Origin: Acholeplasmatales bacterium
Lineage (GTDB): Bacteria; Bacillota_I; Bacilli_A; Acholeplasmatales; Anaeroplasmataceae
Length of the DNA stretch: 40,695 bases
Reading direction: 5' to 3'
Assembly (NCBI GenBank): GCA_024695025.1
Contig: JAILIY010000178.1
Location: 1 to 40,695 of the forward strand
The notes beneath the pieces were generated by a model. It had not been told where the DNA came from. It did not search any database and saw only the letters and a list, made by a program, of their open reading frames with translations. The position numbers and the translations under genes were made by a program. This document shows, piece after piece, positions 18,012 through 29,197 of this stretch (positions are counted from its first letter, which is position 1; every line of letters starts with the position of its first letter).

Positions 18012-18719
18012 ATGCTTGAAATTAAAAATATTACAAAGACTTATAAAAAGTCTAATGTAAAAGCCATTGATGATATTACATTAAATATCGAAGATGGAGA
18101 CATCTATGGATTTATCGGTCCAAATGGTGCTGGTAAATCAACAACTATCAAATGTGTTGTAGGAATACACAAAGCTGATAGTGGAATTATTAAATTTAAT
18201 GGTAAGACAATTGAAGAAGATCCGATTGGATATAAAAAGGATTTAGCTTATCTGCCAGATAATCCAGAATTATATGAACATTTAACAGGTATTCAATATA
18301 TAGATTTTGTATGTAATATTTATGGAGTTAAGGAAGAAAAAAACGAACTTATTCATAAATACGCAACTATGTTTGGAATAGAAGATAAATTAGGTGATTT
18401 TATTTCTACATATTCACATGGTATGAAACAAAAGGTCGCAATTATTTCGGCTTTATGTCACAAGCCTAAATTATTTGTACTTGATGAACCATTTGTAGGT
18501 TTAGATCCTAAGGCTAGCCACGATTTAAAAGAATGTATTAAGGAATTAGTACAAACTGGAACAATGGTTTTCTTTTCAAGTCACGTGCTTGAAGTTGTAG
18601 AAAAATTCTGTAACAAGGTAGCCATTATTAAGGATGGAAGAATTGTTGAGGCTGGAACTATAGAAGAGGTTAAGGGCGATAGTTCACTTGAAGATAAATT
18701 CTTAGAATTATTCGAATGA
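18012..18719 (+). CDS. ABC transporter ATP-binding protein (exporter)
   Basis: GPNGAGKST, YSHGMKQK, LDEPFVGLDP, SSH. Confidence 0.93.
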   Translation: MLEIKNITKTYKKSNVKAIDDITLNIEDGDIYGFIGPNGAGKSTTIKCVVGIHKADSGIIKFNGKTIEEDPIGYKKDLAYLPDNPELYEHLTGIQYIDFVCNIYGVKEEKNELIHKYATMFGIEDKLGDFISTYSHGMKQKVAIISALCHKPKLFVLDEPFVGLDPKASHDLKECIKELVQTGTMVFFSSHVLEVVEKFCNKVAIIKDGRIVEAGTIEEVKGDSSLEDKFLELFE

Positions 18720-20293
18720 GTACATTAGCAAGTTTATTAAAAGTTCAATTCATTGAAGCTTTTGATTTTAGAAAGATAAAAAAGAGCAAGAAAAGCCTAT
18801 CCCTTTTAGGCTTTGTTATCGCGATGTTATTTTTCATATCGTTTTTAGTTGGTATATATTCTCTTTCTTTTGGTATGCAGCTAAAGCAAGGTAATGCAGA
18901 TTTAAAATATAATGTTTATATTTTTTCAGGCTTTGCGACAACTATGTGTTGTGTTATGTCTATAACAAAAGTTAATTATATATTTCAAAGTAAAGATTAT
19001 GATAACTTGGCAGCTATGCCAATAAAGAAAAGTCAAATAATATTATCAAAATTATTTTCATTATATTTAAGTGTTATTTTATATTCTTTAGTCATAATGT
19101 TACCATCGACAATAGTTACATTTGTGATGTCTGTCTATTATGATTTAACAGACTATACAATTTTGTCTTTTGGTATATTATCTGCATTTTTTATACCTGC
19201 GCTTCCTTTATCTATTGGCGCGATTATTTGTACATTATTTACATTAATCACTGATAAGTTTAGATTTGGAAACATCTTATTGATAATAGCGTACATGATA
19301 TATTTAGGAGCGGTATTTTATGTATCATTTTCATTTAATTCAGTTGAGGTAGATGAAAATGGTGTAAAAGATGTATCCAAAATGGTATCTATGGCCAAAG
19401 GTATGATATGGATTAATCCTACCAATTGGTTTTTGACAAGAGATAGTTTAGTAATATTATGGGTTTTAGTTTATGTAGCTATAAATATATTATTATTAGT
19501 TTTCGTATCATTATTTATAAGTTTATTTTTTGAAAAGATTCATTTTCTTACTATCGCTAAAAAGACAAGCAAGAAATATGAGAAAAAATATCTTGATGTT
19601 AAAAATTCATTTTCAACATTCTTTAGATTAGAACTTAAAAAATTCTTTGGTAACAAACTATATTTTATAAATGGATCACTGTCTGGTATTATGGTCATAT
19701 TTATGGGTATATTTATGTCATATCAATTTAGAAATGATTCATATGAGATGTTACCTTTAGTTTTATTTACGGTGATGTTGTGTGTGTTGGCTATCCAAAC
19801 ACCAGCTTGTGTTTCAATAAATTTGGAAGGTAAAAATTTCTATGTATTAAAGACTATGCCAATAGATTATAGGAAATATGTATTTGCAAAAGTGTTGTTA
19901 TCTGGTTTAGTTACAGCAGCATTTTCAGTCGTTGGTGCCGCTATTTCATGTATATTAATAAAGCCTAGTATCATAGTTATTGTTTGTATTATTGTTGGAA
20001 TTATTTTACATTCGTTTTTAGTATCTATAGTAGATATGATTATCAGCTTAAAGAATCCTAAACTTGATTGGCAAGATGAAAAGGAAGCAATTAAGCAATC
20101 AACAAATGTTTTAATTTCATTGTTGCTTGGTACAGGTTTAAGTGTGTTGATAATTATAGTTGGAGCGATAGCAGCTGTATTTAGCATAAATTTAGGTTTC
20201 ATTTTAATGGATGTATTGTTGCTTATGTTTACAATAGGATTTGGATATATATTATCTATAAATGCTAATAAATATGTAGAAATAATTGAATAG
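18716..20293 (+). CDS. ABC-2-type exporter permease
   Basis: ATGA overlap with the ATPase; about 12 hydrophobic segments; SKDYDNLAAMPI and SINLEGK...LKTMPI motifs. Confidence 0.85.
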   Translation: MSTLASLLKVQFIEAFDFRKIKKSKKSLSLLGFVIAMLFFISFLVGIYSLSFGMQLKQGNADLKYNVYIFSGFATTMCCVMSITKVNYIFQSKDYDNLAAMPIKKSQIILSKLFSLYLSVILYSLVIMLPSTIVTFVMSVYYDLTDYTILSFGILSAFFIPALPLSIGAIICTLFTLITDKFRFGNILLIIAYMIYLGAVFYVSFSFNSVEVDENGVKDVSKMVSMAKGMIWINPTNWFLTRDSLVILWVLVYVAINILLLVFVSLFISLFFEKIHFLTIAKKTSKKYEKKYLDVKNSFSTFFRLELKKFFGNKLYFINGSLSGIMVIFMGIFMSYQFRNDSYEMLPLVLFTVMLCVLAIQTPACVSINLEGKNFYVLKTMPIDYRKYVFAKVLLSGLVTAAFSVVGAAISCILIKPSIIVIVCIIVGIILHSFLVSIVDMIISLKNPKLDWQDEKEAIKQSTNVLISLLLGTGLSVLIIIVGAIAAVFSINLGFILMDVLLLMFTIGFGYILSINANKYVEIIE

Positions 20294-20300
20294 AAAAATG

Positions 20301-20335
20301 ATGGGAATGGCTTACTATTCCCATTTGTTCATTTT
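20301..20335 (+). terminator. Terminator after the ABC exporter
   Basis: ATGGGAATGG-CTTA-CTATTCCCAT stem followed by a T-rich tail. Confidence 0.6.
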
Positions 20336-20439
20336 GGAAAACATTATCACAAAAAAATTAATTATAGGATATTTATTTTAAATAAGTTTATGATATAATT
20401 ATTGGTAGAAAGTGATTATTTTGGAGGTTTATTTTAATC

Positions 20440-21657
20440 ATGGCTAAGAAAATTGTTTCAGATTTAAAAGTTAAAGGTAAAAAGGTATTAATCCGTGTTG
20501 ATTTTAACGTTCCAATGAAAAACGGCGTTATCACAGATGATACACGTGTACGTGCTGCATTACCTACAATAAAATATGTTATCGACAACGGTGGTAAGGC
20601 AATCGTATTCTCTCATTTAGGAAGAGTTAAGAGTGCTGAAGATGTTGCAAAAAACGATATCGCACCAGTTGCTAAGAGATTAGAAGAATTAATCGGTAAG
20701 AAGGTTAATTTCGTAAATGCTACTAAGGGCAAAGAATTAGAAGATGCTGCAAAGAACTTAAAGGATGGCGAAATCCTTATGTTCCAAAACACAAGATATG
20801 AAGATTTTGATGTTGAAGCAAACAAAGAAACTAAGAAAGAATCAAAGAATGATGCTGAATTAGGTAAATATTGGGCATCACTTGGTGATATGTTTGTTAA
20901 TGATGCATTCGGTACAGCACATAGAGCTGCTGCATCAAATGTTGGTATCGCATCAAATGTTAAAGAAACAGCTGCTGGTTTCTTACTTGAAAAAGAAATC
21001 AAGTTCATTGGTGGCGCTGTTGATGAACCAAAAAGACCATATGTTGCAATCTTAGGTGGTTCTAAGGTTAGTGATAAGATCGGTGTTATCGAAGCATTAA
21101 TTTCTAAGGCTGACAAGGTTTTAGTTGGTGGTGCTATGATGTTCACATTCTTAAAGAGCCAAGGTAAGAATATCGGTGCTTCTCGTTGTGAAGATCAAGA
21201 ATTCGTTGATTTAGCAAAGAGCTTATTAGAAAAGGCTAATGGTAAGATTATATTACCAGTTGACGCTTTAGTTAATAAGGCATTCGAAGACACTAAGGGC
21301 GTTGCTAAGAGTGTTGATGCATTTGATCAAGATGATATGGGCTTAGATATCGGTCCTAAGACTTTAGAATTATTCTCTAAGGAATTAGCTGGTGCTAAGA
21401 CTGTAGTATGGAATGGACCTATGGGTGTATTCGAAATGAAAAATTACGCTTCAGGTACAGTTGGTGTATGTGACTTATTAGCTAAATTAACTAAGGAAGG
21501 CGCATCTACAATTATCGGTGGCGGTGATTCAGCTGCAGCTGCAGAACAATTAGGTTATGCAGATAAGGTATCACATATTTCTACTGGTGGTGGCGCATCA
21601 TTAGAATACCTTGAAGGTAAGACATTACCTGGTATTGCATGTGTTGATGAAAAGTAA
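20440..21657 (+). CDS. pgk: Phosphoglycerate kinase
   Basis: [52 protein letters not shown]. Confidence 0.98.
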   Translation: MAKKIVSDLKVKGKKVLIRVDFNVPMKNGVITDDTRVRAALPTIKYVIDNGGKAIVFSHLGRVKSAEDVAKNDIAPVAKRLEELIGKKVNFVNATKGKELEDAAKNLKDGEILMFQNTRYEDFDVEANKETKKESKNDAELGKYWASLGDMFVNDAFGTAHRAAASNVGIASNVKETAAGFLLEKEIKFIGGAVDEPKRPYVAILGGSKVSDKIGVIEALISKADKVLVGGAMMFTFLKSQGKNIGASRCEDQEFVDLAKSLLEKANGKIILPVDALVNKAFEDTKGVAKSVDAFDQDDMGLDIGPKTLELFSKELAGAKTVVWNGPMGVFEMKNYASGTVGVCDLLAKLTKEGASTIIGGGDSAAAAEQLGYADKVSHISTGGGASLEYLEGKTLPGIACVDEK

Positions 21658-21714
21658 TTCATCATATATAATATTGGAGAGAAGAAAAAAACAAATTATT
21701 GGAGGACATTATTT

Positions 21715-21963
21715 ATGGAAAAGAGTATTATCGTAAAAAGTACTGTAGGATTACATGCTAGTTTAGCTGCTATGGTTGTTCAAGCTGCTAATAAGTATTC
21801 AGTTGACATTAATCTACATTATAATGATAAGACAGTTGATGTTAAATCTATTTTAGGTTTAATGTCACTAGCTATTCCTAGTGGTGAAAATGTTGTAATT
21901 GAAGCAAACGGAGACCAAGCTGAACTTGCAATTGCAGAAATCGCTACAATACTTGAAAAGTAA
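21715..21963 (+). CDS. ptsH: HPr-family phosphocarrier with non-canonical active-site loop
   Basis: 82 aa. GLHASLA (His15 equivalent) and KSILGLMSL (Ser46 equivalent). GGAGG RBS. Confidence 0.85.
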   Translation: MEKSIIVKSTVGLHASLAAMVVQAANKYSVDINLHYNDKTVDVKSILGLMSLAIPSGENVVIEANGDQAELAIAEIATILEK

Positions 21964-21987
21964 TTTTTGAAAGTAGAGGATTTTAAT

Positions 21988-22743
21988 ATGAGAAAACCAA
22001 TGCTAGCCGGTAACTGGAAGATGAATAACACTAGAGATGATGCCATTCATTTCGTTTTGAATGTAGATTCAAAATTACCAACAAGTGGTGTTGATTGCGT
22101 TATTTGCGCCCCAGCAATTATTCTTCGTGATCTTGTAAAGAGAGCTGAAGTTTTAAAAATTGGTGGCCAAAACATGAATGAAAATGATTATGGTGCTTAT
22201 ACTGGTGAAATATCTGCTTTTATGTTAAAGGATACTAAAGTTGATTATGTTATTATAGGACATAGTGAAAGAAGAGCCTATTATAATGAAACAGATGAAA
22301 AAATAAACGCTAAGATTAAGAAAGCTTTGGAAACAGAGCTTAAACCTATAGTGTGCGTTGGTGAAAATTTAGCTGAACGTGAAGATGGTTTAACTAATGC
22401 AATTTTGGAATTACAAATTGTAAAAGCCTTCAGAGGTGTTACAATTGATAATCCAGATAACATCATTGTTGCATACGAACCAATTTGGGCAATCGGTACT
22501 GGTAAGAGTGCATCAAGCCAAGAAGCTGAAGATGCATGTAAATTTATTAGAAGCTTATTAGCTAAGAATTATGGAGCTGAAATAGCTGATAGAATGAGAA
22601 TTCTTTACGGTGGTTCTATGAAGCCATCTAATGTCAAAGAATTAGTATCTCAACCAGATATTGATGGTGGTCTTGTTGGTGGTGCATCACTTGATGAAGA
22701 AAGCTTTATTGCATTATGTAAAGCGTGCGCTGAGAAAAAATAA
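21988..22743 (+). CDS. tpiA: Triosephosphate isomerase
   Basis: AGNWKM, IIGHSERR, AYEPIWAIGTG, YGGS, LVGGASL. Confidence 0.98.
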   Translation: MRKPMLAGNWKMNNTRDDAIHFVLNVDSKLPTSGVDCVICAPAIILRDLVKRAEVLKIGGQNMNENDYGAYTGEISAFMLKDTKVDYVIIGHSERRAYYNETDEKINAKIKKALETELKPIVCVGENLAEREDGLTNAILELQIVKAFRGVTIDNPDNIIVAYEPIWAIGTGKSASSQEAEDACKFIRSLLAKNYGAEIADRMRILYGGSMKPSNVKELVSQPDIDGGLVGGASLDEESFIALCKACAEKK

Positions 22744-22744
22744 G

Positions 22745-22774
22745 AAGAGGCCTTGAAGGGCCTCTTTCATTTTT
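22745..22774 (+). terminator. Terminator of pgk-HPr-tpiA
   Basis: AAGAGGCC-TTGAAG-GGCCTCTT followed by a T-rich tail. Confidence 0.75.
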
Positions 22775-22829
22775 ATACTTTTTATTTTATTAATAAAATA
22801 GTATAATATTTTTGTTTGGTGGTGAATTT

Positions 22830-23285
22830 ATGGTATTTTTTACAAACAGTAATTTAGAGACAATTGAACTTGGTGAAAAAATCGGTAAAATTTTAAAGCC
22901 TAATGATGTAATATTACTAGATGGTGATTTATCTGCTGGTAAAACGACAATTACTAAGGGAATCGGTAAAGCTTTAGGCGTTAAAAAAATCATTAATTCT
23001 CCAACATTTACGATAGTTAAGGAATATAAAGGTGACAATTTATATTTATATCACCTAGATTTGTATAGATTAGATGGTCTAAATCAAGATTTTGATTTAG
23101 AAGAATATATGGATTCTAATAACATATGTGTTATAGAATGGCCATATCAAGTAAAAGAAATATTGCCAAATGAATTTATTTTAATTAAGCTTTTAAGATT
23201 AGATGAGAATAAAAGACAAATTGAAATATCTTTTAATGGCAAAAGATATGAAGGCTATGAGGAGATGTTAAAATGTATTCTTTAA
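22830..23285 (+). CDS. tsaE: t6A37 biosynthesis ATPase TsaE
   Basis: GDLSAGKTT, SPTFTIVKEY, HLDLYRL, VIEWP. Confidence 0.95.
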   Translation: MVFFTNSNLETIELGEKIGKILKPNDVILLDGDLSAGKTTITKGIGKALGVKKIINSPTFTIVKEYKGDNLYLYHLDLYRLDGLNQDFDLEEYMDSNNICVIEWPYQVKEILPNEFILIKLLRLDENKRQIEISFNGKRYEGYEEMLKCIL

Positions 23286-23851
23286 TATTAGATTCAGCAA
23301 CTAAAAATTTATATATTTGTCTTTGTAAAGATAAAAAAGTCTTAGAAGAAATCTACATTAAAGGACAAAATGACCATTCTAAAAATATCGTATCTAAATT
23401 AGATTTAATTTTGAAAAATCACAATATTACTTCAAATGATTTAGATGAGATAATAGTAGGTTATGGACCTGGTTCATACACTGGAGTAAGAATGGCTGTG
23501 ACAGTAGGTAAGATGATGGCTGTCTTTTTAAATAAGCCACTTTATACTATTTCAACATTAAAGCTTATATCATCTAATATGGATGGTAAGGTTTTAGCAA
23601 TGATAGATGCTAGACGTGGAAATTCATTTTCATCAATCATAGATATGAAAACTAATACGTGTATCTTAAAGGAAGGCATGTATCCAAATGAAGAATTATT
23701 ATCTAAAGAACACGATAATGTTGTTTCAGGAGAAGATTTTAAAGTTAATCCTTTATATGTTTTAGAAAATAAAGAAAAAGTAGAAGTCCCAACTTTACTT
23801 GAACCTAATTATTTAAGAGAAACTGAGGCTGAAAGAAACCTTCATGATTAG
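23273..23851 (+). CDS. tsaB: t6A37 biosynthesis protein TsaB
   Basis: ILDSAT, GPGSYTGVR, IDARRG, EPNYLR. Confidence 0.93.
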   Translation: MYSLILDSATKNLYICLCKDKKVLEEIYIKGQNDHSKNIVSKLDLILKNHNITSNDLDEIIVGYGPGSYTGVRMAVTVGKMMAVFLNKPLYTISTLKLISSNMDGKVLAMIDARRGNSFSSIIDMKTNTCILKEGMYPNEELLSKEHDNVVSGEDFKVNPLYVLENKEKVEVPTLLEPNYLRETEAERNLHD

Positions 23852-24272
23852 AAGATTAGAAATAAAAGATATAAATAGAGTAATTGAACTAGAAAATAGT
23901 GTATTTAATCATTCGCTAGGATACGAATTTTTAGAAAAAGCATCAAAAAGTGAAATTGCTTATGTTTATGTCGATATAAATGATAATTTTATAGATGGAT
24001 ATATATCAACCATTTTCGATGGTAAAACTATAGAGATTTTAAATTTTTGTGTAGATAAGGATTACCAAAGACAAGGAATCGGTTATAAATTAATAAATTA
24101 TGTCTTTGATGAATTAAAAGGCAAAGGTGCTAAAGACTCAATACTTGAGGTTAGAAGAACAAATAATCCTGCTATAGGTTTATACGAAAAGGTTGGATAC
24201 AAAAAAATACATGAAAGAAAAGCTTATTATAGTGATGGGGAGGACGCTTTAGTCTTACAAATCAAATTTTAA
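23844..24272 (+). CDS. rimI: RimI-like GNAT N-acetyltransferase
   Basis: YQRQGIG acetyl-CoA motif, LEVRRTN.PAIGLY, YYSDGEDA; follows tsaB. Confidence 0.88.
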   Translation: MIRRLEIKDINRVIELENSVFNHSLGYEFLEKASKSEIAYVYVDINDNFIDGYISTIFDGKTIEILNFCVDKDYQRQGIGYKLINYVFDELKGKGAKDSILEVRRTNNPAIGLYEKVGYKKIHERKAYYSDGEDALVLQIKF

Positions 24273-24287
24273 GTTTTGAGGTGTTAT

Positions 24288-24770
24288 ATGGATAAGACAA
24301 ACGCTATGCGTATATTAGATCAAAAGAAAATTAAATATAATGTATATGAATATCCTCATGAGGAAGGTGTTTGTGTTGAAGGAACTGAAGTTGCTAGACT
24401 TTTAAATGAAGATCCAAATAAAGTATTTAAAACATTAGTTACAGTAGGGAATGATAAAAAATATTATGTTTGTGTCATACCTGTAATGAAGGAATTAGAT
24501 TTAAAGCTTGCCGCTAAAGCCTTTAATGTAAAATCACTTGAAATGATCCATGTTAAGGATATCAACGCCATAACTGGTTATATTAGAGGAGGCTGTTCAC
24601 CAATTGGTATGAAAAAAGCTTTCCCAACTATCATAGATATAACTGGTAAGGAATTAGATAAAATTATATTTAGTGGTGGAAAGATAGGACTTCAAATAGA
24701 AATGAATCCCAAGGATTTAGATAAAGTGTTAAGAATTAATTATTCTTTAATTACAAGAGGTGATAATTAA
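24288..24770 (+). CDS. ybaK: Cys-tRNA(Pro) deacylase, YbaK/EbsC family
   Basis: [15 protein letters not shown] (catalytic Lys), [18 protein letters not shown]. Confidence 0.92.
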   Translation: MDKTNAMRILDQKKIKYNVYEYPHEEGVCVEGTEVARLLNEDPNKVFKTLVTVGNDKKYYVCVIPVMKELDLKLAAKAFNVKSLEMIHVKDINAITGYIRGGCSPIGMKKAFPTIIDITGKELDKIIFSGGKIGLQIEMNPKDLDKVLRINYSLITRGDN

Positions 24771-25783
24771 TGCTAGTATTAGGTGTTGAATCATCATGTG
24801 ATGAGACAAGTGTTTCAATCGTACGTGATGGTAAAGAAGTATTATCAAATGTAATAAATTCTCAAATAAAAATTCATGAGAAATTTGGTGGTGTTGTACC
24901 AGAAGTAGCTTCTCGTCATCACGTATATCAAGTTTCAATGGTTTTTGAAGAAGCATTTAAGGTTGCCAATGTAAAGCCTGAAGATATCGATTTAGTCGCA
25001 GTTACAGAAGGACCTGGTCTAATTGGTTCTTTACTTGTTGGTTTAAATGCCGCTAAAACATTTGCGATGATGTATAATAAACCAATTATTGGCGTACATC
25101 ATTTAGCTGGTCATATTTATGCAAATGCTATAGAACATGAAATGAAATTTCCTTGTATCGCACTTTTAGTATCTGGTGGCAATACTGAATTAGTTTATAT
25201 GAAGAAGCATTTTTCATTTGAAATATTAGGTGAGACACTAGATGATGCAGTAGGTGAGGCATATGATAAGGTTGCCCGTGTTGTAGGCCTTCCTTATCCA
25301 GGTGGTCCACATGTTGATAGACTTGCTCATTTAGGTAAAGATACATATAAATTACCTAGAGTATATTTAGATGATGGAAGCTATAATTTTTCTTTTTCTG
25401 GTTTAAAGAGTGCTGTTATTAATCTAAAGCACAACGCTGATCAAAGAAATGAGACAATTGATGTCAATGATTTATGTGCATCATTCCAAGCATCTGTAAC
25501 AGAGGTTTTAGTTAGAAAAACTATAGCTTTATGTAAAGAAAAGAATGTTAAAAATATAATAGTTGCTGGAGGAGTATCTGCAAATAAAGGATTAAAGGAA
25601 CGTTTTTTAGATGAAGCTTGTGAATTTAATGTTTGCATACCTTCAATAAAATATTGTACAGATAATGCAGCTATGATAGCTGTAGCTGGATATTATCAAA
25701 TTAAAGAAATACCACATTACGATGATTTAAGCTTAAACGCAATTGCTTCGATAGAATTAGAAGATAAATACCCTAATAATTAA
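24770..25783 (+). CDS. tsaD: tRNA threonylcarbamoyltransferase TsaD
   Basis: [53 protein letters not shown]. Confidence 0.97.
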   Translation: MLVLGVESSCDETSVSIVRDGKEVLSNVINSQIKIHEKFGGVVPEVASRHHVYQVSMVFEEAFKVANVKPEDIDLVAVTEGPGLIGSLLVGLNAAKTFAMMYNKPIIGVHHLAGHIYANAIEHEMKFPCIALLVSGGNTELVYMKKHFSFEILGETLDDAVGEAYDKVARVVGLPYPGGPHVDRLAHLGKDTYKLPRVYLDDGSYNFSFSGLKSAVINLKHNADQRNETIDVNDLCASFQASVTEVLVRKTIALCKEKNVKNIIVAGGVSANKGLKERFLDEACEFNVCIPSIKYCTDNAAMIAVAGYYQIKEIPHYDDLSLNAIASIELEDKYPNN

Positions 25784-25796
25784 ATGTGAGGATATT

Positions 25797-27404
25797 ATGA
25801 ACAAGATTACGGACTACATAAAGAAAGAATGGATATTTTATGCGACAGGCTTCTTCTCAGGCATGAGTGTAATGGCAGTAGAACTTGGCGCACAAAGATT
25901 ATTATCGCCTTATTTTTCATCATCACAAATAGTTTGGACAATCGTAATTGGTGTAATTATGATTGCTATGGCATTAGGTAATATAATTGGCGGAAAAATG
26001 GCAGATAAATACCAAAAGCCAGATAGGTTATTTGTTTGGTTATTTATCGCTGCTACTTGGATTATATTAATACCATTGTTTGGTAAATTTATTATAGCTG
26101 GAATAGCTATATTTTTGGCACTTTTTGTCAATTGGAATTATCTTATATGGGCATCTTTGATAAGTTGTCTTATAGTCTTTGTATTTCCGTTGATGATTTT
26201 AGGTATGGTAACACCTAATATCGTTAAATTTGCGACTAAAGATTTAAAGGATAATGGTAAAATTGTAGGTAAAATTGAAGCATTTAATACGATTGGTTCT
26301 ATAATTGGTACATTTATTCCTACATTCGTATCTATTCCGTTTGTTGGTACAAGTATGACATTTGTTATATTTAGTGTGATATTATATATCATTTGTATGA
26401 TGTATTTTATTACAGCTCATAAATATGCAATTAGATGTGGTATCATTTTATCTTGTTGTTTTATAATTGGTATAATTTCTTCAAATAAAATAAAAGTAGC
26501 ATTTTGGGAATCAAATATCATTTATGAGGGTGAATCTCAATATAATTATTTAAAAGTCACAGAGGATGATGACAAAATAATATTTTCAACAAACGTATTA
26601 TTTGGCGTTCAATCTGTGAAGATGAAACAAAAATGCCTGACAGGTTATTATTATGATTACGCAATGGCAGCTCCTTTAATGAATGATGTCTATGATAAAA
26701 AATTAGAAATATTAATTTTAGGTTTAGGTACTGGCACTTACGCTACTCAATGTCTCAATTATTTTCCAAATGAAAATTTAGAATTTGATGGGGTAGAAAT
26801 AGATGGTAAAGTAGTTAAAATTGCAAGAAAATATTTTGATTTACCAGATTGTGTAGATGTCACAGTTGAAGATGGTAGAGCATTTTTAAACACAACTAAA
26901 AAGAAATATGACATCATTATGGTAGATGCATATAGAGATATTTCCATTCCATTTCAAATGTCTTCTCAAGAATTCTTTAAATTAGTTAAAAAACATTTAA
27001 AAGAAGATGGTAATATGGTTGTAAATATGAATCTATATGACGAATCTAAAAAATCTATAACTAATTATCTAAAAAGCACAATTGCTTCTGTCTTTGATTA
27101 TACATATGTAGCTGATACTGATTCTTCAAACAGCGAACTTTTCGCAAGTTCAATAGATGTAAAAGAAAAGCTTCATAACAATTTAGACAAAATAGATGAT
27201 TCCTCATTGAAAAAAATGATGACATCTGTATATGACAACCTTTTGATTGTTGATAATAAAAATTTAATTCTAACTGACGATAAGGCTCCAGTTGAAATGT
27301 TAGGTATGAAAGCCTTAGATAATATGATTGAAGAAGAATTGACAGATATCAGAAAGAGAATTAAAGGTAAAAATATAAAAGAAATAATTGAAGAATTAAC
27401 GTAA
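25797..27404 (+). CDS. Fused membrane domain / spermidine-synthase-like SAM-dependent protein
   Basis: About 7 N-terminal TM helices, then ILGLGTGT, VEIDGKV, EDGRAFL, DIIMVDAY, LTDDKAPVE. Confidence 0.82.
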   Translation: MNKITDYIKKEWIFYATGFFSGMSVMAVELGAQRLLSPYFSSSQIVWTIVIGVIMIAMALGNIIGGKMADKYQKPDRLFVWLFIAATWIILIPLFGKFIIAGIAIFLALFVNWNYLIWASLISCLIVFVFPLMILGMVTPNIVKFATKDLKDNGKIVGKIEAFNTIGSIIGTFIPTFVSIPFVGTSMTFVIFSVILYIICMMYFITAHKYAIRCGIILSCCFIIGIISSNKIKVAFWESNIIYEGESQYNYLKVTEDDDKIIFSTNVLFGVQSVKMKQKCLTGYYYDYAMAAPLMNDVYDKKLEILILGLGTGTYATQCLNYFPNENLEFDGVEIDGKVVKIARKYFDLPDCVDVTVEDGRAFLNTTKKKYDIIMVDAYRDISIPFQMSSQEFFKLVKKHLKEDGNMVVNMNLYDESKKSITNYLKSTIASVFDYTYVADTDSSNSELFASSIDVKEKLHNNLDKIDDSSLKKMMTSVYDNLLIVDNKNLILTDDKAPVEMLGMKALDNMIEEELTDIRKRIKGKNIKEIIEELT

Positions 27405-27410
27405 AAAGTA

Positions 27411-27440
27411 GCACTTAGATTGTAAATCTAGGTGTTTTTT
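27411..27440 (+). terminator. Terminator of the tsa operon
   Basis: GCACTTAGATT-GTA-AATCTAGGTGT followed by TTTTT. Confidence 0.7.
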
Positions 27441-27481
27441 AAAATTTAAAAAATAAAAATGTTTTTAAAAGAAAAAATATA

Positions 27482-27510
27482 TTGAAAATATATTCTTAGA
27501 GTGGTACAAT
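27482..27510 (+). promoter_or_regulatory. guaB promoter
   Basis: TTGAAA, 17 bp spacer, TG-G-TACAAT (-10 at 27505-27510). Confidence 0.65.
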
Positions 27511-27544
27511 TAGAAAAATATTATTTTTGTGGAGGTATTTAAGC

Positions 27545-29047
27545 ATGGCATTTTATTATGATGAACCATCTCATACATTTAGTGAATATTTATTAGTTCC
27601 AGGTTATTCAGATGAAAATTGTATTCCTTCAAAGGTTAGTTTAAAGACACCTTTAGTAAAATTTAAAAAGGGTGAAGAACCAAAAATTACAATGAATGTC
27701 CCTCTAATTTCTGCAATCATGCAATCAGTATCAAATGATACAATGGCTATTGCACTTGCAAAAGAAGGTGGAGTATCTTTCATTTATGGTTCTCAAACAG
27801 TTGAAAATCAAGCTCAAATGGTAAAGAAAGTTAAGAGCTATAAAGCTGGTTTCGTTCAATCAGATTCTAATTTATCACCAGAAGACACTTTAGGTGATGT
27901 ATTAAGATTAAAAGAAGAAACTGGTCACTCTACTATAGCTATTACATCTGATGGTACAAATACAGGTAAGCTTGTAGGTATCGTATCATCAAGAGATTAT
28001 AGAGTTTCTAGAATGGAAGAAACATTAAAGATTAAGGAATTTATGACTCCTATTTCTAAGATGATTACTGCAAAGGTTGGAACAACTTTAAAGGAAGCTA
28101 ATGATATTATTTTTGAACATAAATTAAACAGTTTACCTATCGTTGACGATAATGGTTGTCTTGTATCATTCGTATTTAGAAAGGATTATTCATCTCATAA
28201 AGAAAATCCTTTAGAATTATTAGATGACAAGAAGCGTTATATCGTTGGTGCTGGTATCAATACAAGAGATTATGAAACTAGAGTTCCTGCACTTGTTGAA
28301 GCAGGTGCTGACGTTTTATGTATCGACTCAAGTGAAGGTTTCTCAGCATGGCAAAAGAACACTATTCAATGGATTAGATCTAAGTATGGTGACAGTGTAA
28401 AAGTTGGTGCTGGTAACGTTGTTGATAGAGAAGGTTTCCGTTTCTTAGCTGAAGCAGGTGCTGACTTCGTTAAGATTGGTATCGGTGGTGGATCTATTTG
28501 TATCACTCGTGAAACTAAGGGTATCGGTCGTGGTCAAGCTACATCAGTTATCGAAGTAGCTAAGGCTCGTGATGAATATTATAAGGAAACAGGTATCTAC
28601 GTACCTATTTGTAGTGATGGTGGTATCGTACATGATTATCATATTACTTTAGCATTAGCTATGGGTTGTGATTTCTGTATGTTAGGTAGATATTTTGCAA
28701 GATTTGATGAATCACCTACTCAAAAAGTATTAGTAAATGGTAACTACATGAAAGAATATTGGGGCGAAGGTTCTGCACGTGCTCGTAACTGGCAACGTTA
28801 TGATTTAGGTGGAGCTCAAAAATTATCTTTCGTTGAAGGTGTAGATTCATATGTACCATATGCTGGACCTTTACATGATACTGTAAGTGTTACACTTGCA
28901 AAGATTCGTCATACAATGTGTAACTGTGGTGCTTTAACTATTCCTGAACTTCAACAAAAGGCTAAACTTACACTTGTAAGTAGTGTTTCTATCGTTGAAG
29001 GTGGTGCACACGACGTTGTCGTTAAAAACACAAACACAAATAATTAA
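27545..29047 (+). CDS. guaB: IMP dehydrogenase (CBS-containing)
   Basis: [11 protein letters not shown] pair, [11 protein letters not shown] (catalytic Cys), [25 protein letters not shown] before ATG 27545. Confidence 0.95.
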   Translation: MAFYYDEPSHTFSEYLLVPGYSDENCIPSKVSLKTPLVKFKKGEEPKITMNVPLISAIMQSVSNDTMAIALAKEGGVSFIYGSQTVENQAQMVKKVKSYKAGFVQSDSNLSPEDTLGDVLRLKEETGHSTIAITSDGTNTGKLVGIVSSRDYRVSRMEETLKIKEFMTPISKMITAKVGTTLKEANDIIFEHKLNSLPIVDDNGCLVSFVFRKDYSSHKENPLELLDDKKRYIVGAGINTRDYETRVPALVEAGADVLCIDSSEGFSAWQKNTIQWIRSKYGDSVKVGAGNVVDREGFRFLAEAGADFVKIGIGGGSICITRETKGIGRGQATSVIEVAKARDEYYKETGIYVPICSDGGIVHDYHITLALAMGCDFCMLGRYFARFDESPTQKVLVNGNYMKEYWGEGSARARNWQRYDLGGAQKLSFVEGVDSYVPYAGPLHDTVSVTLAKIRHTMCNCGALTIPELQQKAKLTLVSSVSIVEGGAHDVVVKNTNTNN

Positions 29048-29056
29048 TAAAAAATC

Positions 29057-29089
29057 GGACTATAAATTATAATTTATAGTTCTTTTTTT
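29057..29089 (+). terminator. Terminator after guaB
   Basis: GGACTATAAAT-TATA-ATTTATAGTTC followed by T7. Confidence 0.75.
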
Positions 29090-29197
29090 CTTTTGAAAGC
29101 ATTATTAATTTTAAAAATATTAAAAAAAAGAGAATATTATATTTTAATAAATAAAAAAATATGATAAAATCTTTTTGTTTGTTGGAGGACGAATGAT

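Noticed and set aside
20335-20349. cre-like sequence GGAAAACATTATCA upstream of pgk (similar TGAAAGCATTATTA near 29094)
   Set aside because: Both lack the central CG and have a further mismatch; expected by chance at this AT content.
27405-27544. Purine riboswitch or PurR box upstream of guaB (also checked 29048-29197 for purF)
   Set aside because: Promoter-like elements lie close to the start codons, leaving no room, and no aptamer or PurBox consensus is visible.
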